Part shown: piece after piece, positions 10,472-19,482 of the stretch
How the letters are laid out: each line of letters begins with the position of its first letter
Position numbering within the stretch: position 1 is the first letter of the stretch
Origin: an uncultured Candidatus Saccharibacteria bacterium
GTDB lineage: Bacteria > Patescibacteriota > Minisyncoccia > Phycocordibacterales > UBA918
Assembly (NCBI GenBank): GCA_964350735.1
Contig: CAYGKO010000001.1
Span: 310,578-374,577 of the forward strand
Reading direction: 5' to 3'
Length of the DNA stretch: 64,000 bases
Translations under genes and position numbers: made by a program
Notes under the pieces: generated by a model
Told to the model about the DNA's origin: nothing
Databases searched by the model: none
What the model saw: only the letters and a program-made list of their open reading frames with translations

Positions 10472-11083
10472 CTATTTTTTACGAGACAAGAAAAGTTCCA
10501 TGAGTGTTTTGGCAGTAATTAATATGATTACACTCAGCAGCATTGGTGGTTTCAAGTAAAACAAGGGCATTGCTACACACAAAAGAAAGACCTGCATTAA
10601 AAAAATTCTTAGGATTGGGTTGCTTCCGGCTTGAAGAGGTGTGTTGTGTCGTGAAGTATTTTGTAGCTGCCATATACAGGCAAAGCTATGTTTGAAAATT
10701 AATGGCACTAATACAACTATGTTGGTTACAAAGAAAGCGGCAGTAAACATAAGGAGCTCAGCGAACGTATTTAATTGGGCACCAATATCCAATACTTGGT
10801 TAAGTAAGACTAGGTGAATAAAAGTGATGCCAAAGAACACTAATGATACAAAAATAATTTTGAGTATGTCACCTAGGATAAAAAAAGTGTATGAAATTTT
10901 TGGTGCCCAGATATTTTTAATAAGTGCAAACAGTAGGAAACAGGTAAGTAGAATAATAGTTTCAAACCAATAAATTAATATAATGTCATTGAAATTAAGA
11001 CTAGAGGTGAATATCAATACCATCAAGATCACTTCTGTTAAAAGAACGTTCCAGATTAGTATGTTTGTTTGTAAAAATTTCAT
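10472..11083 (-). CDS. Hypothetical multi-pass membrane protein
   Basis: 203-aa hydrophobic ORF. No recognisable motif. Confidence 0.35.
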   Translation of the reverse strand: MKFLQTNILIWNVLLTEVILMVLIFTSSLNFNDIILIYWFETIILLTCFLLFALIKNIWAPKISYTFFILGDILKIIFVSLVFFGITFIHLVLLNQVLDIGAQLNTFAELLMFTAAFFVTNIVVLVPLIFKHSFACIWQLQNTSRHNTPLQAGSNPILRIFLMQVFLLCVAMPLFYLKPPMLLSVIILITAKTLMELFLSRKK

Positions 11084-11092
11084 AGTAATAGC

Positions 11093-13336
11093 TTACTCCA
11101 TATGCAGCGCTTCGCCGGTTTGCGTCACCTTGTGGTGGATGAGGGGGAAGTCGCGCGAGAAGTTGGGGTGGGTGGCGACGAGGTCTTGGGCTTCGGTGCG
11201 GGCGGCTTCGACGAGTTTGAGGTTTTTGATCGCTTCCATCCCGAGGTCGGAGAGGCCGGACTGCTTTGCGCCATAGAGTTCGCCGCTGCCCCGGAATTGC
11301 AAATCATGCTCAGCCAGTTCGAAACCGTTTTTCGCCGTCGAGAGGGCTTTGAGGCGTTCTTTGGTTTTTTCACTCTTGCTTTCGGTCACCGCAAAACAAT
11401 ACGGTTGGTGTGTCCCACGGATCACCCGACCACGAAGCTGATGCAGCTGCGAAAGACCAAAGCGTTCAGCTCCCTCGATAATAATGTTGGTGGCATTCGG
11501 GACGTTGACGCCAACTTCTACCACAGAGGTAGCAACTAGAATGTCGAACTTGTGCTCATTGAATTCTTGCATCACTTTGTCTTTCTCGGCTGGTTTCATT
11601 TTGCCGTGCAGGACTCCGATCTCATAGTCTTGAAAAACCTCTTTTTTCAGCCGCACTGCTTCAGCTTTTACGCTCTTGAGCTGCAATGCAGTGGCTTTGT
11701 CGGGATCAGGTTCGTCAATCCGCGGACAGATGACATACGCTTGCCGACCAGTCTCGAGTTCGCTGCGGACGTGGTCGTACATTTTCTTCTGTTGCCCTGG
11801 TCCCACAATTTCAGTCTTGACTGGCTTGCGGCCAGCTGGCATTTGGTCGAGTAGAGTAATGTCGAGGTCACCATATATAGTAAGCGCCAAGGTGCGGGGG
11901 ATTGGCGTGGCGGTCATGGAGAGTAGGTGGGGCATGCGCGCGTCTTTCTTCGCCAGGGCTTTTCGCTGGTTGGTACCAAAGCGGTGCTGCTCGTCTATGA
12001 TCACGTGGGCGAGATGTTTGAATTCAACACTTTTATAGATAAGCGCGTGCGTACCGATGAGAATTGGGATTTCACCATTTTGCACCCATTTCAGCAGCTG
12101 CGCCCGGGAGATATTAGTGGGCTTGGTCGGATCCACTTTGCTGGGGAATTTTTGACAGCCCGAGCCAGTAATCAGTCCAATTTGAATCGGGAGGTGGTGA
12201 AAGTATTCAATAAAACTTTCGAAGTGTTGCTTGGCGAGGATTTCGGTCGGTGCCATGTAGGCAACTTGCAGGTTGCCCCACTCCAGATCTTTCCCGAGAC
12301 CTTCCGGTGGTCTCGAAGTAGCGACGGCGTAGGCGGTGGTCGCGGCCACCGCCGTCTTCCCAGATCCCACATCACCTTCGAGTAAGCGACTCATGGCGTG
12401 CTTGCCACCAAAGTCTTTCAAGACCGCACTGATGGCTTTGTTTTGGGCCGTAGTGAGTTTGAAAGGGAAGCGGTCGGTAAAGGCTTCGACGTGGGCTTTG
12501 GAGGTGTTGAATTGATACGTCGTCGCTACACTCACGGCCGCTCGCTCGATGGCTTTTTGTACTTGAATATAAAACACCTCTTCAAAGGCAAAACGCTTGC
12601 GAGCGCTCTCCGCGTGCTCGGCTTTTTTGGGGGAATGGATCCACACGAGAGCAGTCGATAGTACGGGTAGTTTGTATTTCTGTAAAATTGATTCCGGAAT
12701 TGGGTCGTGGAGATGTTCTAAAATCCCTTTTTCAAAACACTTGAGAGCAGTATGATAAAACCACTTGCTCGTCACCCCTTTGGTCTCCCGGTAGACCGGG
12801 TAAATGGTTTCATCTATCTCAGCATCAGTTCCTTTGAAGATCGAATCGTGGCGATCGATCGGGAGTGTGTCGAGCTTCTCAACTTCGGGGTTCGCGATGT
12901 AGAGCTTACCTTCGCTCCCGGTCACTTTCCCAACCACTTTCACATACATGCCGTCGCTGTACATCTTGGCCAGGTACGGCTGGTTGAACCACATGATCTT
13001 GATCTTGGCTGAACCATCTTCAATGTACCCCTCAGCAATCGGTCGTTTAGTCGTCCAAGCTTTGCGGCTCTTAAGTCCAGATAGTTGGCCGTATACAATC
13101 GCCTCCTGATCTTTCTGCAGGCCACCCACTGACTGCACATCAGAAATATCCTCGTACCGAGCCGGGAGGTGATACAACAGCTCTTCGACCGTAGCGATCC
13201 GCAGGCGCTTGAGCGCCTTTTGGTGGGGCGCATCAATCCGGAAATGGTCAGTGAGCAGGTCAGTTGGTTTCATATTCCCAATCTTATCAGAAATGAGGGA
13301 CATCATTGCGAAAAAATGTATAATGCAACTCGGCAA
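11093..13336 (-). CDS. recG: ATP-dependent DNA helicase RecG
   Basis: N-terminal wedge/OB domain; helicase motifs GDVGSGKT (Walker A), DEQHRFG (DEAH box) and QLRGRVIRG. Confidence 0.9.
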   Translation of the reverse strand: MPSCIIHFFAMMSLISDKIGNMKPTDLLTDHFRIDAPHQKALKRLRIATVEELLYHLPARYEDISDVQSVGGLQKDQEAIVYGQLSGLKSRKAWTTKRPIAEGYIEDGSAKIKIMWFNQPYLAKMYSDGMYVKVVGKVTGSEGKLYIANPEVEKLDTLPIDRHDSIFKGTDAEIDETIYPVYRETKGVTSKWFYHTALKCFEKGILEHLHDPIPESILQKYKLPVLSTALVWIHSPKKAEHAESARKRFAFEEVFYIQVQKAIERAAVSVATTYQFNTSKAHVEAFTDRFPFKLTTAQNKAISAVLKDFGGKHAMSRLLEGDVGSGKTAVAATTAYAVATSRPPEGLGKDLEWGNLQVAYMAPTEILAKQHFESFIEYFHHLPIQIGLITGSGCQKFPSKVDPTKPTNISRAQLLKWVQNGEIPILIGTHALIYKSVEFKHLAHVIIDEQHRFGTNQRKALAKKDARMPHLLSMTATPIPRTLALTIYGDLDITLLDQMPAGRKPVKTEIVGPGQQKKMYDHVRSELETGRQAYVICPRIDEPDPDKATALQLKSVKAEAVRLKKEVFQDYEIGVLHGKMKPAEKDKVMQEFNEHKFDILVATSVVEVGVNVPNATNIIIEGAERFGLSQLHQLRGRVIRGTHQPYCFAVTESKSEKTKERLKALSTAKNGFELAEHDLQFRGSGELYGAKQSGLSDLGMEAIKNLKLVEAARTEAQDLVATHPNFSRDFPLIHHKVTQTGEALHME

Positions 13337-13350
13337 AACAGGAGACCGTC

Positions 13351-13770
13351 ATGACCATTTGGCAAAAAGCCAGAGGTCTATTGAAGGTTCTCTGGCACGA
13401 CTTTGAAATTTCCCGCTATGCTGCAATACATTCAGCACTAGGGATAGTAAATGTGGTTATAATGCTGGTATTACTCCAATACTGGGGTTGGAATCATCAT
13501 ACCGCGACGTTTGTAGGGCATGCGTTTCATGTAGTGTGTGGTTTTTATGCTGACAGATATTTCTCTTTCCGTTCTTTTGAGACAAAGACAGTCATTGGTG
13601 GCCCAAAATACGTAATTATAGAGTCACTATCATATATTTCTATTGTAGGTTCTATGTATGTCTTTTCTGATATCCTCGAACGGGACCCACTGATAGTGAG
13701 ATTTACTATCTCAATGATGCTTGCTAGCGTGATTTCGTTTGGCGCAAATAAATATTGGACATTTAAATAA
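13351..13770 (+). CDS. GtrA-family membrane protein (polysaccharide synthesis / flippase-associated)
   Basis: 139-aa, four-TM protein with GtrA-like architecture. Confidence 0.5.
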   Translation: MTIWQKARGLLKVLWHDFEISRYAAIHSALGIVNVVIMLVLLQYWGWNHHTATFVGHAFHVVCGFYADRYFSFRSFETKTVIGGPKYVIIESLSYISIVGSMYVFSDILERDPLIVRFTISMMLASVISFGANKYWTFK

Positions 13771-13787
13771 TCTTTGTCCAACACCTC

Positions 13788-13811
13788 AAAAGCCCGACAA
13801 GGGCTTTTTTT
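13788..13811 (+). terminator. Rho-independent terminator
   Basis: aaaagcccgacaagggcttttttt. Confidence 0.7.
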
Positions 13812-13838
13812 CTGGAAGATGAAAGTGGTTGATGTATA

Positions 13839-15122
13839 ATGCGTACCACTATACATAGCAAAATAAGTAACATCTGTACTATGGCCGCACCCAAGAAAAA
13901 AGATTACGCTCGAGCGAGCGAGCGTCGTGGCGGAAGCGTTCGTAAGAGCGCTTCCGCCATGACCGAGGGAGTGAAGAGTGCAAGACGTAAGGATTATAAC
14001 AAAATCGCACTTAAGTTACACAAGAAGCTCCGGGGGAAAGTGGCCTTGCAGGTAAAGGGTAGTCTGAAGACTAAAGACGACTGGAGCACGATGTATTCTC
14101 CGGGAGTTGGAGCAGTATCATCACATCTGGCGAAGAATCCGAAAGACGCGCGGGAGTATACCAGTAAGCGTAATACCGTGGCAGTGGTGTCTGACGGGTC
14201 AGCGGTACTAGGACTCGGGAATATTGGCCCTTTGGGGGCGTTGCCAGTGATGGAAGGGAAGGCAGCGATTTTTAAAACGCAGGCTGACGTCGATGCCTGG
14301 CCGTTAGTGCTCGATACGCAAGATACTGAAGAGATCATTAAAATCGTGAAAGCGATTGCCCCTGGGTTTGGTGGAATCAACCTTGAAGATATCGGTGCAC
14401 CCAAGTGTTTTGAAATTGAAGAACGACTGAAGAAAGAATTAGATATCCCGGTCTTTCATGATGACCAACATGGCACCGCGGTAGTGGTGTTAGCGGGCCT
14501 TATCAATGCCGCTAAAGTGGTAAAGAAGAAACTACCTGAGATGCGAATAGTGATCGTCGGTGCGGGAGCAGCGGGGCGAGCGATCGCATTGATCTTGTTG
14601 CAGGCTGGAGTGAGTGATGTAGTGATGACTGATAGCAAGGGAGTGATTCATAAAGGTCGCCCCGCCCTCTCAGGCTACAAGAAAGATTTGGCCAAAGCGA
14701 CTAACCCGCGGGGAATTCAGGGTGAAGTACTTGATGCTACCAATGGTGCGGATGTAATCGTTGGTGTGTCCGGGCCAGGGACGATCTCACGACACCACAT
14801 TGAAGTGATGAGTCGTGATGCTATTGTGTTCGCGCTCGCCAATCCGGTCCCTGAGATCAACCCCGAAGACGCCAAGCGCGCCGGTGCAGCCGTGGTCGCG
14901 ACTGGTCGCTCTGACTACCCTAACCAAGTCAACAACTCCCTCGTGTTCCCAGGCATCTTCCGCGGTGCCCTCGATAAGGGAGTACGCGACATTACCGACG
15001 ACATGAAAGTCGCCGCTGCCAAGAAGCTGGCTGCTCTCGTAAAGAAACCAACCGCCGGAGAAGTGATCCCAAGTATCAGTACCAAGAATCTCGTGAAAAC
15101 GATCGCGAGTGCGATTAAGTAA
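13839..15122 (+). CDS. NAD(P)-dependent malic enzyme (malate dehydrogenase, decarboxylating). The start is uncertain, with alternative in-frame ATGs at 13881 and 13959.
   Basis: YSPGVGAVS..., GNIGPLGALPVMEGKAAIFK, GGINLEDIGAPKCFEIEERL and the Rossmann segment VGAGAAGRAIA. A Lys/Arg-rich N-terminal extension precedes the conserved domain. Confidence 0.8.
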   Translation: MRTTIHSKISNICTMAAPKKKDYARASERRGGSVRKSASAMTEGVKSARRKDYNKIALKLHKKLRGKVALQVKGSLKTKDDWSTMYSPGVGAVSSHLAKNPKDAREYTSKRNTVAVVSDGSAVLGLGNIGPLGALPVMEGKAAIFKTQADVDAWPLVLDTQDTEEIIKIVKAIAPGFGGINLEDIGAPKCFEIEERLKKELDIPVFHDDQHGTAVVVLAGLINAAKVVKKKLPEMRIVIVGAGAAGRAIALILLQAGVSDVVMTDSKGVIHKGRPALSGYKKDLAKATNPRGIQGEVLDATNGADVIVGVSGPGTISRHHIEVMSRDAIVFALANPVPEINPEDAKRAGAAVVATGRSDYPNQVNNSLVFPGIFRGALDKGVRDITDDMKVAAAKKLAALVKKPTAGEVIPSISTKNLVKTIASAIK

Positions 15123-15184
15123 CTTGCACTTTATAAAATTTTATGTCTTAATACTGGCCAGCAAGATAAGCAAAGGAGAGACTA

Positions 15185-15493
15185 ATGCTAGTTGTGTCCC
15201 GAGAACTTGATACAATTGAAGATTTCTTGGCAGCCTTCATCAAGGCTCTAGATCCAGTTCATGACGCACGCCTTCACTGTGCTTTCACAGAAAAGGCGCA
15301 GACTGGAGAATTGAAGGAGTGTACAAAAGTTGATTCGTTAGAGCTGGATTCTCTCGAACAGGTGTTCATTTTCACTCATACCGAAGAGGTGTTTGGAATA
15401 ACTTTTCCAGACGATTTAACGGAATCTTTCGGTGAAAACCCAAGTCTTGGTGACTTGTATGAGCAAACGAAAAAGCTTGTTGCAATGAAGTGA
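15185..15493 (+). CDS. Acyl-carrier-protein-like small acidic protein
   Basis: DSL(E/D) phosphopantetheine-attachment-like motif (KVDSLELDSLEQV) in an acidic ~100-aa protein. Confidence 0.45.
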   Translation: MLVVSRELDTIEDFLAAFIKALDPVHDARLHCAFTEKAQTGELKECTKVDSLELDSLEQVFIFTHTEEVFGITFPDDLTESFGENPSLGDLYEQTKKLVAMK

Positions 15494-15501
15494 TTCCAGA
15501 T

Positions 15502-15572
15502 CCGGTGCGTATTCGCGCACCGGCCGCCGGGGTAATTCTTGAAAAAGAAAATCACCGGTTTTCTTTTGTCTA
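15502..15572 (+). terminator. Terminator region with two hairpins
   Basis: ccggtgcgtattcgcgcaccgg, then aaaatcaccggttttcttttg. Confidence 0.4.
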
Positions 15573-15682
15573 AATTATGATAAATAACAAATATCATAAG
15601 ATGTTTAACATCAGTCCGAGCAGATGAGCTGAGGAAGGTTCGTCCTGCCGGTCTTTTTTTATTTTAAACCAAAATAACAAAG

Positions 15683-15733
15683 GCCGCACATCGTGAGACA
15701 GCGGCCTTTGCCTTTCTGTCTCACCTGTGCGGC
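15683..15733 (-). terminator. Imperfect hairpin downstream of the minus-strand CDS ending at 15735
   Basis: ccgcacatcgtgagacag...ctgtctcacctgtgcgg. Confidence 0.35.
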
Positions 15734-15734
15734 T

Positions 15735-16265
15735 TTAGACAATGGTTACTCCCATCATCTTGATTTCGGCTTCTGCGAACAGATTTTTACCATCGACCGT
15801 TCCTGTCATGGAGAAGAATGAGAAGCATCTCTGCTGCTCCAGGAACGTAACTGTAATTCTTACTTCTTCACCGTACGCAAGGCTGCGACGATAGCTGACA
15901 GGGGTTACTTCCAGGAGTGTCCCTCCAATATCTGTCGCGATTGCGATCGCTGAGATACCGATGAGGCCTGGGGTGGCAAGCGTTGCCTCCTCACCACAGT
16001 GCAGATTGAGGTCACCTCCGAGCACGCCGGAAGCCTCTGGCGACCAAAGTCCTGGAGACACCAGGTACTCCCAGTGTTTGCTAGACTCGACGCTAGTGCG
16101 CTGCAACTTTGGCCAGGTTTCTTCGACGTGGGCGGCAGCAAAAGCACGCCTCGTTTCTTCTAGAAGTTGCCCTAGAACTGGATGCGCCGCATATCTTTTC
16201 ATATATGCTTCAATGTAAGCTTTTTGAGCTTCTTGCATCGAAGTGGCGCGAATCAAATTTGTCAT
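15735..16265 (-). CDS. Hypothetical protein, possibly hotdog-fold. The start is trimmed to the ATG at 16265, which has an AAGGGGGG Shine-Dalgarno sequence.
   Basis: The ORF is open to 16388, but the internal ATG has a strong RBS, and the longer form would abut the tRNA promoter region. Confidence 0.35.
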   Translation of the reverse strand: MTNLIRATSMQEAQKAYIEAYMKRYAAHPVLGQLLEETRRAFAAAHVEETWPKLQRTSVESSKHWEYLVSPGLWSPEASGVLGGDLNLHCGEEATLATPGLIGISAIAIATDIGGTLLEVTPVSYRRSLAYGEEVRITVTFLEQQRCFSFFSMTGTVDGKNLFAEAEIKMMGVTIV

Positions 16266-16400
16266 TCGAACCCCCCTTAGGTTGGTGTACGATTCGGGAG
16301 TCCGAATCTGATGCATTTGTATCATGTCTGAATCAGAAAGCAATAAATTCTTTTTTATACTCTTACAATATGCTATTCTAGCTGCCACAGAGTTACAGAT

Positions 16401-16485
16401 GGAGACGTGTCAGAGTGGTCTATCGTGCTTCCTTGCTAAGGAAGTGGGGTTTACGCCCCCGGAGGTTCGAATCCTCTCGTCTCCG
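16401..16485 (+). tRNA. tRNA-Ser(GCU), class II with long variable arm; CCA not encoded
   Basis: Acceptor GGAGACG/CGTCTCC, anticodon arm CTTCC-TTGCTAA-GGAAG, variable arm TGGGGTTTACGCCCCC, T arm GGAGG-TTCGAAT-CCTCT. Confidence 0.85.
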
Positions 16486-16497
16486 CCCGTATAAAAT

Positions 16498-16522
16498 ACC
16501 GCCCTCAAGGCGGTTATTTTAT
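16498..16522 (+). terminator. Rho-independent terminator after tRNA-Ser
   Basis: accgccctcaaggcggt + tatttt. Confidence 0.6.
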
Positions 16523-16526
16523 TGGG

Positions 16527-16650
16527 CGAAGACGAAGTAACAGTCCGGGGGACTGTTACGCGAGGATTCGAAAAGCTTTTGAGCTAGATTATGAGCAAAG
16601 CGAAATAATCTAGCCAAAAGGTATACTGCTCGTGTAACGAGAGAATCCTC
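16527..16650 (+). repeat. Structured repeat unit, copy 1. The second copy is at 48917-49026.
   Basis: It shares gtaacagtccgggggactgttacg(c/t)g(a/g)ggattcgaaaag and tatactgctcgtgta(a/g)cgagag with copy 2. The middle hairpin differs in sequence but keeps the same structure. Confidence 0.6.
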
Positions 16651-16717
16651 TCTGTGCTACCCCTTCCTTTTATTCTATTTTGACTTCACTAATTTTACGT
16701 CTATAATGCATCGCACT

Positions 16718-16852
16718 GGAGAGTTGGCTGAGTGGATGAATTGAGACCTGCGTCTCAATTCATCCGGTCCCAATCAAGATTGGGAAGCACGATATGAGCG
16801 TAAGCGAATCAGTGCTAGGAGGACGACTTGTCGGACACTCAACCAACTCTCC
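16718..16852 (+). other. Long stem-loop element built from a duplicated tRNA 5' half and its reverse complement, enclosing two internal hairpins
   Basis: ggagagttggctgagtgg (16718-16735) is identical to the 5' end of the downstream tRNA and pairs with actcaaccaactctcc (16837-16852). Internal hairpins lie at 16735-16764 and 16768-16785. Confidence 0.5.
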
Positions 16853-16864
16853 GTCGGTACGAAG

Positions 16865-16951
16865 TAACAGGGAGAGTTGGCTGAGTGGTCGAAAGCAGCA
16901 GTTTACTAAACTGCCGAGCCCTTACAGGCTCCAAGGGTTCGAATCCCTTAC
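16865..16951 (+). tRNA. Class-II (Ser-type) tRNA with the unusual anticodon loop TTACTAA (anticodon ACU by standard numbering). This tRNA is the integration target of the downstream mobile region.
   Basis: Acceptor GGAGAGT/ACTCTCC, D arm GCT-GAGTGGTCGAA-AGC, anticodon arm GCAGT-TTACTAA-ACTGC, long variable arm GAGCC-CTTACA-GGCTC, T arm AAGGG-TTCGAAT-CCCTT. Its 3' end is repeated at 49027. Confidence 0.6.
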
Positions 16952-16979
16952 TCTCCGCCGTCTAGAGCTAGCACGAGAC
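16938..16979 (+). repeat. attL-like direct repeat: tRNA 3' end plus a gcacgagacactat core. Its partner is at 49027-49068.
   Basis: tcccttactctccgccgtctagagctagcacgagacactat matches tcccttactctccgccgtttagagctagcacgagacattat at the far end of the accessory region with two mismatches. Confidence 0.65.
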
Positions 16980-17071
16980 ACTATCGTTCTAGCTTAACAA
17001 AAGCACCTGAATGGGTGTTTTTGTGCCTTGGGCAAATTAATCTATTTTAGAGATGTTTTATTACAAGCATT

Positions 17072-17524
17072 TTGATACAATATGCAGATACTATGTTTTT
17101 GTTAAACAGCCTGAAAAAAAATATTCTACTGTCTCTTCTTATGGCGGTATTTTTAGGCACGCTTTTTCTGAGTCTATTTCACATGTCTGCAGACATAAAC
17201 ACTACGACTCATATGTCTGGTTGTCCGATGTTGATGGAAGGGGGCGTTGTCTGCCAGATGGATTTTAATGAACACCTTACAGTTTGGTCAGCATTATCCT
17301 TAGCTATACCTGTTCTCCTGCTCACTCTACTGTTATTGCTACCATATGCAAAAGCCTTTTCAGTGGCTTGTTCCGTTTTATTTGGGCAGTCAATCTCAGT
17401 ATGGAAATTATCTACAGCAAGTTTCTATCAAAAAAAGTCTCCAACATACATTGTTAGGCCACTGCAAGAATTGTTTTCTAGCGGAATTTTACATCCTAAA
17501 ATTTACCACCCTGTTCTAAGCTAA
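17072..17524 (+). CDS. Small Cys/Met-motif membrane protein, paralogue of 29726-30115 (possible metal-binding protein)
   Basis: FLSLFHMS...GCPMLMEGGVVCQM motif and a C-terminus RPLQELFSSGILHPK shared with the paralogue at 29726. Confidence 0.5.
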   Translation: MIQYADTMFLLNSLKKNILLSLLMAVFLGTLFLSLFHMSADINTTTHMSGCPMLMEGGVVCQMDFNEHLTVWSALSLAIPVLLLTLLLLLPYAKAFSVACSVLFGQSISVWKLSTASFYQKKSPTYIVRPLQELFSSGILHPKIYHPVLS

Positions 17525-17602
17525 CTAAGTCACGATTGCTGTCTAGGCTGCTATTCGTGATACACGTTAGCTTTTTTGTATTTAATCACTTAGTTAACGT
17601 AT

Positions 17603-18361
17603 ATGGAAGAAAATTATAACAAAAACCAACCTAATCAATACCTAATCCCTTTGGCAATTGTAATTGCCGGGGCCTTTGTAGCAGGGGCACTCTACTTTAG
17701 TAATAGTGGAGCTACCGCTAATGCTCCAGTGGCAATTACGGATACTAATCAGCCAGTTGCAGCTGTTCCCGAACCAACTGGTTCAACCGACGCTGTTCGG
17801 CCAGTGACCAGCGAAGATCACATTAAAGGAAATCCCAATGCACCAATTAAAATCGTTGAATATTCAGACTTTGAGTGTCCATTCTGTAAGCGATTTCACG
17901 ACACTATGAACGAAGTGATGGATAAGTACGGGGATTCAGGCGAAGTTGCTTGGGTGTTTAGGCAATTCCCATTAGAACAATTACATCCAGTGAAAGCTCA
18001 ACGTGCCGCAGTTGCCACTGAGTGTGCCGCAGAGCAAGGAGGAAATGATGCTTTTTGGGCTATAGCCGACGGTTATTTTGCTGACCCTTCAACCGGGAAT
18101 AATCGAACGAACCAAGACGTGTTAATTCCGGAATTAGCAGCTGCAGCTGGATTGGATGCAGATCGTTTCAACGAATGTCTGGAGAGTGGAAAGTATGATG
18201 AGCATATACAAGCTGATATAGCGAACGCAGTTGAAACTGGCGGTCGAGGGACCCCATGGAGCGTCATGATTGGTCCAGATGGCAAAACTTATCCAATCAA
18301 TGGTGCCCAGCCACTGGCAGCAATTGAACAGTTAATTTCAATTGCTACGGATAATCAATAA
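17603..18361 (+). CDS. DsbA-like thiol:disulfide oxidoreductase (thioredoxin fold)
   Basis: N-terminal TM anchor and a CPFC active site (SDFECPFCKRFH). Confidence 0.75.
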   Translation: MEENYNKNQPNQYLIPLAIVIAGAFVAGALYFSNSGATANAPVAITDTNQPVAAVPEPTGSTDAVRPVTSEDHIKGNPNAPIKIVEYSDFECPFCKRFHDTMNEVMDKYGDSGEVAWVFRQFPLEQLHPVKAQRAAVATECAAEQGGNDAFWAIADGYFADPSTGNNRTNQDVLIPELAAAAGLDADRFNECLESGKYDEHIQADIANAVETGGRGTPWSVMIGPDGKTYPINGAQPLAAIEQLISIATDNQ

Positions 18362-18366
18362 CTACC

Positions 18367-18915
18367 ATGTACCGCAACGCACTTCAGTTAGTTTTTGTTC
18401 GTCCATTATACTGCTTGCTATTTCTAGCTGTAAGTTTTGTTGTTTTGTCGATTGCAATTCTATTGCCACACATTGGACTGATAAAAACTCTATGGCAGTA
18501 CGAATCTGTGACTGTAATTGAAATTGGACTACTTGTATTGAATCTCTATGGTTCACTCGGAACCAACTTCACTGTTCTCTCAGCCACATACACGGTACTC
18601 ATTGCGGTCTTGTTTGGTTTGCAAATAACCCTACTTACGCACTACATCAGAAGTGTGCGAAGCAAAGCAACCAACCTAGCAAACGTCGGGGCTAGCGGTA
18701 TTGGCGGACTCGTCAGTGGCTTTTTCGGCATTGGTTGTGCTGCCTGCGGAACTTTCTTATTGTCATCAATTCTTGCCTTGTTTGGAGCTGGAGGTGTACT
18801 GGCATGGTTGCCATTTGGCGGTGAGGAGTTCGGGTTACTTGGCGTCGGTTTATTGGTATATGCAAACCATCTCCTTATGAAGAAAATAAACGCACCACTA
18901 GTGTGTGCATCTTAA
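18367..18915 (+). CDS. Hypothetical membrane protein with a Gly-rich GCAACG segment
   Basis: Hydrophobic 182-aa ORF. Its function is not recognisable. Confidence 0.35.
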   Translation: MYRNALQLVFVRPLYCLLFLAVSFVVLSIAILLPHIGLIKTLWQYESVTVIEIGLLVLNLYGSLGTNFTVLSATYTVLIAVLFGLQITLLTHYIRSVRSKATNLANVGASGIGGLVSGFFGIGCAACGTFLLSSILALFGAGGVLAWLPFGGEEFGLLGVGLLVYANHLLMKKINAPLVCAS

Positions 18916-19480
18916 TCAACATTTATCCTTAATTAAAATATCTAACATGAAACTAGCACTTATTATTATAGGCCTATCAATCCTCCTTCTCGTCGGTGGT
19001 TCATGGTGGTCTACTAGCTCACAACAAAAAGCCTACGAACAAGAAATTGTCGGTATCACTTCAACTATCGTGACCGACCGTAGTCATGTGCAAACTGAGG
19101 TTGACTACAAGGACGCTCCACCAGTTGGCGGAAACCATCACCCAGTTTGGTTGAGTTGTAATGGTGATATCTATGATGAACCAGTTGTAGATGAAAATGC
19201 AGTCCATTCACTTGAGCATGGTGCTGTCTGGATTACATACCAGCCCAACTTACCAGTTGCAGATATAGAAACACTGGAGAAAAAAGTCGCTGGCTATTCC
19301 TTTATTAGCCCCTATCCAGAACAAGAGTCTCCGATCATGCTGACCGCTTGGGGTGTACAACTTCCACTTGATTCAGCTGATGATGAACGGGTAGACCAGT
19401 TCCTAGCCAAGTTCCGACAAGGTCCACAAACACCTGAACCAGGAGCTACCTGTAACGCTATTCCTGGTGGCATGCAATAA
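18905..19480 (+). CDS. DUF3105-like secreted/membrane-anchored protein. The start may be the internal ATG near 18947.
   Basis: GGNHHPVW...EHGAVWITY pattern with an N-terminal TM segment. Confidence 0.5.
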   Translation: MHLNQHLSLIKISNMKLALIIIGLSILLLVGGSWWSTSSQQKAYEQEIVGITSTIVTDRSHVQTEVDYKDAPPVGGNHHPVWLSCNGDIYDEPVVDENAVHSLEHGAVWITYQPNLPVADIETLEKKVAGYSFISPYPEQESPIMLTAWGVQLPLDSADDERVDQFLAKFRQGPQTPEPGATCNAIPGGMQ

Positions 19481-19482
19481 AT

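Noticed and set aside
11102-13236. Multiple + and - strand ORFs within recG (for example 11102-11539 +, 11927-12385 +, 12940-13236 -)
   Set aside because: They are shadow frames of the RecG coding sequence and have no independent motifs.
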